Positions 46,460-50,527 of a stretch of DNA of 50,527 nt are shown here, in pieces; the stretch's first letter is position 1; every line of letters starts with the position of its first letter. The stretch is taken from NCBI GenBank assembly GCA_051744825.1, contig JBNJDL010000002.1, positions 1 to 50,527 of the forward strand, read 5' to 3'. The stretch comes from Bacillota bacterium (GTDB lineage Bacteria; Bacillota; Halanaerobiia; Halanaerobiales; DATFIM01). The notes under the pieces are model-generated. The model searched no databases, was not told the origin of the DNA, and worked only from the letters and a program-made list of their open reading frames with translations. The position numbers were made by a program, and so were the translations under genes.

Positions 46460-47062
46460 ATGAAACTTAAAGGTGAAATAAATAATGTCAATTTACGAAA
46501 AGGTGGTGTGAAGGTAACAATATTTTTAGAAACAGAAAAAAGGGGAAAAACATTAGAACATTTTGGAAACTTTGTAGATAAACCTATTAATTTTGAAATA
46601 TTAGTTGATAAAGAAAAAATATTAGATGAGCAGAAAAAGTTATCTTCAGAGCAAAGAAAAAAAGCTTATGCTCTGATTAAAGACTTTGGCAAGGAGTATG
46701 GCGAATCACCTGATTTAATGAAACAACATTTAAAAACATGGTTTGTAGGACAAAGTAAATATGAAATGTTTAGTTTATCAGATTGTAGCAAAGAATTAGC
46801 AAATGATTTTATAGAGTATATAATCAAAAAAGGTGCTGAACAAGGTTATGAATTTGCAGTAAAAGAAACTAGTACAATGATTGAAACTACAATGAAACTT
46901 AATATTGAAAATGAAACTTGTAGTAGTTGTGGGGAAGATGGAATAGTTAGACAAAATAAACAAGGTAAAAAAATATGTTTATGTGATAATTGTTTAGACC
47001 AAATGTCTGAACAAGGAGTGAAAAAGTTTATGAAAGGTAAACATTTAAAATTAGTAGAATAA
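46460..47062 (+). CDS. hypothetical protein with a C-terminal Cys4 zinc ribbon (possibly a degenerate HNHc-like phage protein)
   Basis: CSSCGEDG...KICLCDNCLDQ. The family assignment is from memory only. Confidence 0.45.
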   Translation: MKLKGEINNVNLRKGGVKVTIFLETEKRGKTLEHFGNFVDKPINFEILVDKEKILDEQKKLSSEQRKKAYALIKDFGKEYGESPDLMKQHLKTWFVGQSKYEMFSLSDCSKELANDFIEYIIKKGAEQGYEFAVKETSTMIETTMKLNIENETCSSCGEDGIVRQNKQGKKICLCDNCLDQMSEQGVKKFMKGKHLKLVE

Positions 47063-47072
47063 AGGGGATATT

Positions 47073-47705
47073 ATGGATTTAAAAACAAGTTTAGAAAAAA
47101 ATGTAAAAAGATTTAAAAAAACTATAGCAAAAGGTAGAACAGCTGATGATAAAAGATTCAAATTAGCTCAAATGATATTTGGAACATATGGTGAATTTTA
47201 CGAAGTATTAGAAGAAACAGATAAAATTTCAGAATTAATAAACAAAAACAATGGATTTGATGGTTTGGACGAAAAAGTTGCTAAAAAATTTGCAAAAGAA
47301 ACAATATTAGAAGTAGGCGATATGTTATGGTACATTATAAATGCTTGTGAATACTTAGGTTTAAAATCGAAATTAGCAGTAATTGAAACTTCTTTAGATT
47401 ATTACCAAGAAAAAGATGTATCTCCAAAAAAAATGTATAAAATTAACTACAATATATTTGATTCAACTAAAAAGTATTTATTTCAATTTCACGATTTAGA
47501 TAAATACGAAAAACAATTTAATAGTTATATAAGCCAAATGATAAAATTTGCAGATATAATTATTAAAGATGTAAATAATTTTTTAGAACTGGCAGGAGTA
47601 GAAAAAGAATATACATTAGCTGAAACAATCGACATGGTTGGTGATAAGTTGGAAAAAAGATATGAAGGTGGTAAATTTGATGAACAAAAGAGTATGCAAA
47701 GGTAA
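47073..47705 (+). CDS. MazG-like nucleotide pyrophosphohydrolase (paralog 2)
   Basis: GEFYEVLEE and ILEVGDMLWYIINACEYLG. Confidence 0.6.
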   Translation: MDLKTSLEKNVKRFKKTIAKGRTADDKRFKLAQMIFGTYGEFYEVLEETDKISELINKNNGFDGLDEKVAKKFAKETILEVGDMLWYIINACEYLGLKSKLAVIETSLDYYQEKDVSPKKMYKINYNIFDSTKKYLFQFHDLDKYEKQFNSYISQMIKFADIIIKDVNNFLELAGVEKEYTLAETIDMVGDKLEKRYEGGKFDEQKSMQR

Positions 47706-47829
47706 ATTGTATGATGAAATAGACGATAAAAAAGAACTTATAACTACAGCTATTGATTATGAAAAGGATAGGAATGATACACACTATCCATATTTAAACA
47801 CTTTAAAGAAAAAATTAAGTAGAATATAG
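47680..47829 (+). CDS. small hypothetical protein (49 aa)
   Basis: ATG 47680 after AAGGTGG. Overlaps the end of the MazG-like gene. Weak call. Confidence 0.35.
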   Translation: MNKRVCKGKLYDEIDDKKELITTAIDYEKDRNDTHYPYLNTLKKKLSRI

Positions 47830-47888
47830 GGAGTGATGGATAATGAGTAAAATTGTAAAAGGTGAAATTGAAAAGGAGATTATAAATT

Positions 47889-48416
47889 ATGGATATGAAT
47901 AGGAAATTTTGTATGCCAAATAAAAATACATTTTCAATGAAACCATTAAATAAATTGTTTTGGAAATATAAAAAAAATGAAAATTCATCTAAAGTTATTG
48001 ATCCATTTGCTAGAAAATGTAAATTAGCTGATATTACTAATGATTTAGACCCGGCTATGAATACAGATTATAATTTGGAAGCTTATGATTTTTTAAAAAA
48101 ATTTAAGTCGGAAAGTGTTGATATGATTTTATTTGATCCGCCATTTACACCTAGACAAGTTTCAGAATCATATAAAAAACTTGGACGGACTGTTAATTCA
48201 GAAGATACACAATACACCTATTGGCGAAAATTAAAAGACGAAATAACAAGAATTTTAACAACAGGAGGAATAGTTATTAATTGTGGATATAATAGTAATG
48301 GTATTGGTTTAAAGAATGGATTTAAAAAAGAAGAAATATTGTTATTGGCTCATGGTGTGAATCATAACGACACAATTATAACGGTTGAAAGAAAAATACA
48401 ACCAAATTTATTTTAG
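47889..48416 (+). CDS. small DNA (N6-adenine or N4-cytosine) methyltransferase-like protein
   Basis: VIDPFARKC (motif I-like) and DMILFDPPF (DPPF catalytic motif IV). 175 aa. Confidence 0.55.
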   Translation: MDMNRKFCMPNKNTFSMKPLNKLFWKYKKNENSSKVIDPFARKCKLADITNDLDPAMNTDYNLEAYDFLKKFKSESVDMILFDPPFTPRQVSESYKKLGRTVNSEDTQYTYWRKLKDEITRILTTGGIVINCGYNSNGIGLKNGFKKEEILLLAHGVNHNDTIITVERKIQPNLF

Positions 48417-48435
48417 ATTAAGGAGATGATAAATA

Positions 48436-48861
48436 ATGAATAATGTATCACTTATTGGAAGATTGACACGTGAGCCGGAGTTGAAATATATTCCAGGAAG
48501 CGGAACAGCAGTATGTAATTTCACTTTAGCAGTAGATAGGGGCTTATCTAAAAGTAAAAAAGAAGAACTTGAACAACAAGGAAAACCTACTGCAGATTTT
48601 ATAAGAATTAAAGTTTGGGGTAAGCAAGCTGAAAACTGTGCTAATTATTGCTTTAAAGGTCAACAAGTAGCAGTTAGCGGTTCAATTAGGACTTCTACTT
48701 CAAAAAATGATGACGGTAGTACTAATTATTACACAGATGTTAATGCTTATCGTGTGGAGTTTTTAGACTATAAGAATGAAGATTCTAATGATAAAGATGA
48801 TAATAATGTTAGTGCTGATGATTTTAAGAGTGTGGAAGAAGATGACGACATACCATTTTGA
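48436..48861 (+). CDS. ssb: single-stranded DNA-binding protein
   Basis: MNNVSLIGRLTREPELKY...FTLAV, an OB-fold signature, plus an acidic tail ending DDDIPF. Confidence 0.9.
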   Translation: MNNVSLIGRLTREPELKYIPGSGTAVCNFTLAVDRGLSKSKKEELEQQGKPTADFIRIKVWGKQAENCANYCFKGQQVAVSGSIRTSTSKNDDGSTNYYTDVNAYRVEFLDYKNEDSNDKDDNNVSADDFKSVEEDDDIPF

Positions 48862-48875
48862 TAACTAATATATAT

Positions 48876-48901
48876 AGCAGGTGTAAAAACCTGCTTTTTT
48901 T
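48876..48901 (+). terminator. rho-independent terminator after ssb
   Basis: AGCAGG-TGTAAAAA-CCTGCT followed by TTTTTTT. Confidence 0.75.
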
Positions 48902-48913
48902 ATAAATTTATGG

Positions 48914-48942
48914 TTTACACATATTACAATTGATGTTATAAT
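48914..48942 (+). promoter_or_regulatory. near-consensus sigma70 promoter
   Basis: TTTACA (48914-48919), 17 nt of spacer, TATAAT (48937-48942). Confidence 0.65.
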
Positions 48943-48968
48943 ATAAAATATAGAAAGGTGGTGATTTA

Positions 48969-49121
48969 ATGTTGAAGGTTTCAGAAATAGCAGAAAAGTT
49001 AAACGTTTCAAGACAATCTGTTTATAAATACATCAACGAAGGAAAATTAAAATCTATTAAATTTGAAGGAAATATAAGAGTTAAAGAAAAAGATTTAGAA
49101 AAATTCCTTAAACAAAAATAG
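48969..49121 (+). CDS. excisionase/MerR-type HTH protein (50 aa, hand-translated)
   Basis: MLKVSEIAEKLNVSRQSVYKYINEGKLKSIKFEGNIRVKEKDLEKFLKQK* fits the excisionase-family HTH pattern (s..e.A..L.vS..tvY.....G.l......g..r.....l..fl). Confidence 0.6.
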   Translation: MLKVSEIAEKLNVSRQSVYKYINEGKLKSIKFEGNIRVKEKDLEKFLKQK

Positions 49122-49135
49122 AAAAGGGGGTTAAT

Positions 49136-49291
49136 GTGAAAGTTGAAGAATTAATAGAACATTTAGAAAAATTCGATGGTAACACAGAGGTTCAAATGTT
49201 GAACTTTGATAACGATGAAATTTGTGATTTAAATTATGAAATAGTAGAGTTTCATTTATTGATAGATGAAAATTTATTGATTTTAGGTTAG
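49136..49291 (+). CDS. small acidic protein (51 aa, GTG start, hand-translated)
   Basis: AAAAGGGGG RBS. VKVEELIEHLEKFDGNTEVQMLNFDNDEICDLNYEIVEFHLLIDENLLILG*. Confidence 0.45.
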   Translation: MKVEELIEHLEKFDGNTEVQMLNFDNDEICDLNYEIVEFHLLIDENLLILG

Positions 49292-49300
49292 TGATAAAAT

Positions 49301-50173
49301 ATGAAGGGGTGGATATCATTACACAGGAAGATAAAAAAACATTGGATATGGAAAAGAGAAGATTATTTAAAAGCTTGGATTTATATATTATTAGAAGTTA
49401 ATCATGAACCTAAAAAAACAGTAATAGGTTCTGAATTGATTAAAGTAAATCGTGGTGAAAAAGTAACTTCTTTAGTTAAGTTGTCAAATGAGTTAGGTTG
49501 GTCGCGTGGGAAGTTAAATACATTTCTAAATCTTTTGAAAGAAGATGAAATGATAACAGTAAATAGTACAACGAAATACACAACTATAAAAGTCTTGAAT
49601 TACAACGATTATCAAGGTTTTAAAAAAACAAAAAAACAGGGGAATGAACAGCAAAATGACACAAAAAAAACATCAAAAAGTCAGCAAAAAAACATCAAAA
49701 AGTCAGCAAAAAAACATCAAAAAGACACAAACAATAATGGTAATAATTCTAATAATGGTAATAATGTTAATAATGGTAATAAAAAAACTCAAGGTGAGAT
49801 TATCGAATTCAAGAAGAAAAAAATCCCATATGAAAAAGTTGTAGATATGTATAATAATATTTTAGGTGATTTAATTCCTTCTGTTAGAAAATTAAGCAAA
49901 AAGAGAAAAAACAAAATTAAAGTTAGGTGGAATAATGAGTTAGACTCTTTAGAAAAATGGGAAGAATTATTTAATGCAGTAGAAGAACAAGATTTTCTAT
50001 TAGGTGCAGGTAATGGTAGAAATTGGACTGCTACATTTGATTGGTTAATAGCTAATGATAATAATTACGTAAAAGTTTTAGAAAGACAATACATCAGCAA
50101 TAATTCGAAAAAGTCTAAATCGCAAGAAAAAAGAAGAATGGAAAGGTTATATGGTGATTTCTTAAATGAATAA
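49301..50173 (+). CDS. replisome organiser / replication initiator-like protein
   Basis: The N-terminal WISLHRKIKKHWIWKREDYLKAWIYILLEVNH...VTSLVKLSNELGWSRGKLNTFLNLLKEDEMI is wHTH-like. The C-terminal FLLGAGNGRNWTATFDWLIANDNNYVKVLERQY is typical of phage replication proteins. The central linker is low-complexity and carries DNA repeats. Confidence 0.6.
   Translation: MKGWISLHRKIKKHWIWKREDYLKAWIYILLEVNHEPKKTVIGSELIKVNRGEKVTSLVKLSNELGWSRGKLNTFLNLLKEDEMITVNSTTKYTTIKVLNYNDYQGFKKTKKQGNEQQNDTKKTSKSQQKNIKKSAKKHQKDTNNNGNNSNNGNNVNNGNKKTQGEIIEFKKKKIPYEKVVDMYNNILGDLIPSVRKLSKKRKNKIKVRWNNELDSLEKWEELFNAVEEQDFLLGAGNGRNWTATFDWLIANDNNYVKVLERQYISNNSKKSKSQEKRRMERLYGDFLNE
49663..49786. repeat. 22-bp direct repeats with phased A-tracts, followed by 18-bp repeats (origin-like)
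   Basis: CATCAAAAAGTCAGCAAAAAAA at 49671-49692 and 49693-49714, with a partial third copy from 49715. A-tracts start at 49663, 49675, 49686, 49697, 49708 and 49719. Then aataatggtaataatNNN x3 at 49733-49786. Confidence 0.85.
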
Positions 50174-50527
50174 AAAAGAATTTATGATAATAACAGAAAT
50201 CATAATGAGTTTTTTCCCTAAATTTGAGAAAAAAATCAATAATGAAACTAGATTAAAAATTTGGTATGAAATGTTTGAAGATTTGAATTTTAAAAATGCT
50301 CAACTAGCATTAAAAAAAGTTTTAGTAGAATCTAAATATATGCCTACAGTATCAGAAATAAGACAAGCAGTAGCTGATATTGAAAATCCCGACAACAAAA
50401 TAACTGGTTCGGAAGCTTGGGGGCAAGTAAAAAAAGCTATATCAAAATATGGTAGATATAGAGAAAAAGAAGCTTTGGAGTCTATGGACGAAAGAGTTAG
50501 GAGCTTAACTAAAAGATTCGGCTGGGA
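50166..50527 (+). CDS. helicase-loader-like protein (G39P-like), 3'-truncated by the window edge
   Basis: MNKKEFMIITEIIMSFFPKFEKKINNETRLKIWYEMFEDLNFKNAQLALKKVLVESKYMPTVSEIRQ resembles the N-terminal pattern of phage loader proteins. ATGA overlap with the upstream gene. Confidence 0.45.
   Translation, partial: MNKKEFMIITEIIMSFFPKFEKKINNETRLKIWYEMFEDLNFKNAQLALKKVLVESKYMPTVSEIRQAVADIENPDNKITGSEAWGQVKKAISKYGRYREKEALESMDERVRSLTKRFGW

Noticed and set aside
48969-49121. Using the excisionase-type HTH and the LexA-like and XRE-like regulators to call the element a temperate prophage.
   Set aside because: No integrase, attachment site or flanking host gene is visible in the window. Small MerR/excisionase-type HTH proteins also act as plain transcription factors. 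Lifestyle is left open.
1-50527. tRNA or rRNA genes, CRISPR arrays, transposases or IS elements, and terminal direct repeats between the window ends.
   Set aside because: I found no cloverleaf-like GC-rich segments, no short regularly spaced repeats, no DDE or serine/tyrosine recombinase motifs and no similarity between the first and last ~100 nt. This was by-eye inspection only.

Overview
This window reads as most of a low-GC tailed-phage or prophage genome. The strong AGGAGG-type ribosome-binding sites and a copper-amine-oxidase-N-like domain suggest a Firmicutes or Clostridia-type host, but I cannot confirm that. All functional calls come from motif recognition by eye, ORF tiling and ribosome-binding sites. 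No homology search or RNA folding was run.

Layout:
- 1-3355 (+): tail end of an early/DNA-metabolism module, with a RusA-like resolvase and a MazG-like protein.
- 3427-6943 (-): a leftward early operon driven by a consensus sigma70 promoter at 7037-7065. It looks richer in G+C than its surroundings.
- 7165-42855 (+): packaging, head, tail, lysis and ejection genes. These include TerS, TerL, a GroES-like protein, portal, scaffold, major capsid, about 8 structural proteins, an S8-like peptidase, an XhlA-like/amidase/holin cassette, a 777-aa RS-repeat protein and a 5,360-aa ORF.
- 42929-50527 (+): an early replication/recombination module behind consensus promoters. It includes an HTH protein, ERF-like annealase, Rad50/SbcC-like ATPase, HNH-like protein, MazG-like protein, DNA methyltransferase, SSB, excisionase-type HTH, replisome organiser and helicase-loader-like protein.

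Two things stand out:
1. Four ~92-97-nt conserved intergenic elements separate consecutive genes of the leftward operon. On the transcribed strand each carries a complete hammerhead-ribozyme core (CUGAUGA ... GAAA ... GUC), with compensatory base changes in stems I and III. The topology is permuted type II. Each element is fused to the upstream stop codon and the downstream Shine-Dalgarno sequence.
2. The 16-kb ORF looks like a giant polyvalent cargo protein. It strings together ART-like, ParB-like, GNAT-like and SAM-methyltransferase modules. Its modules are separated by a recurring [V/L/T]-R-F-S motif that occurs seven times.

Secondary points include a 22-bp out-of-codon-phase direct repeat with ~11-bp phased A-tracts inside the replisome-organiser gene, which may be an origin. 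There is also a 78-residue Ser/Arg/Asn-only tract, a 13-bp inverted repeat bracketing the terS-terL spacer, and a candidate small RNA.
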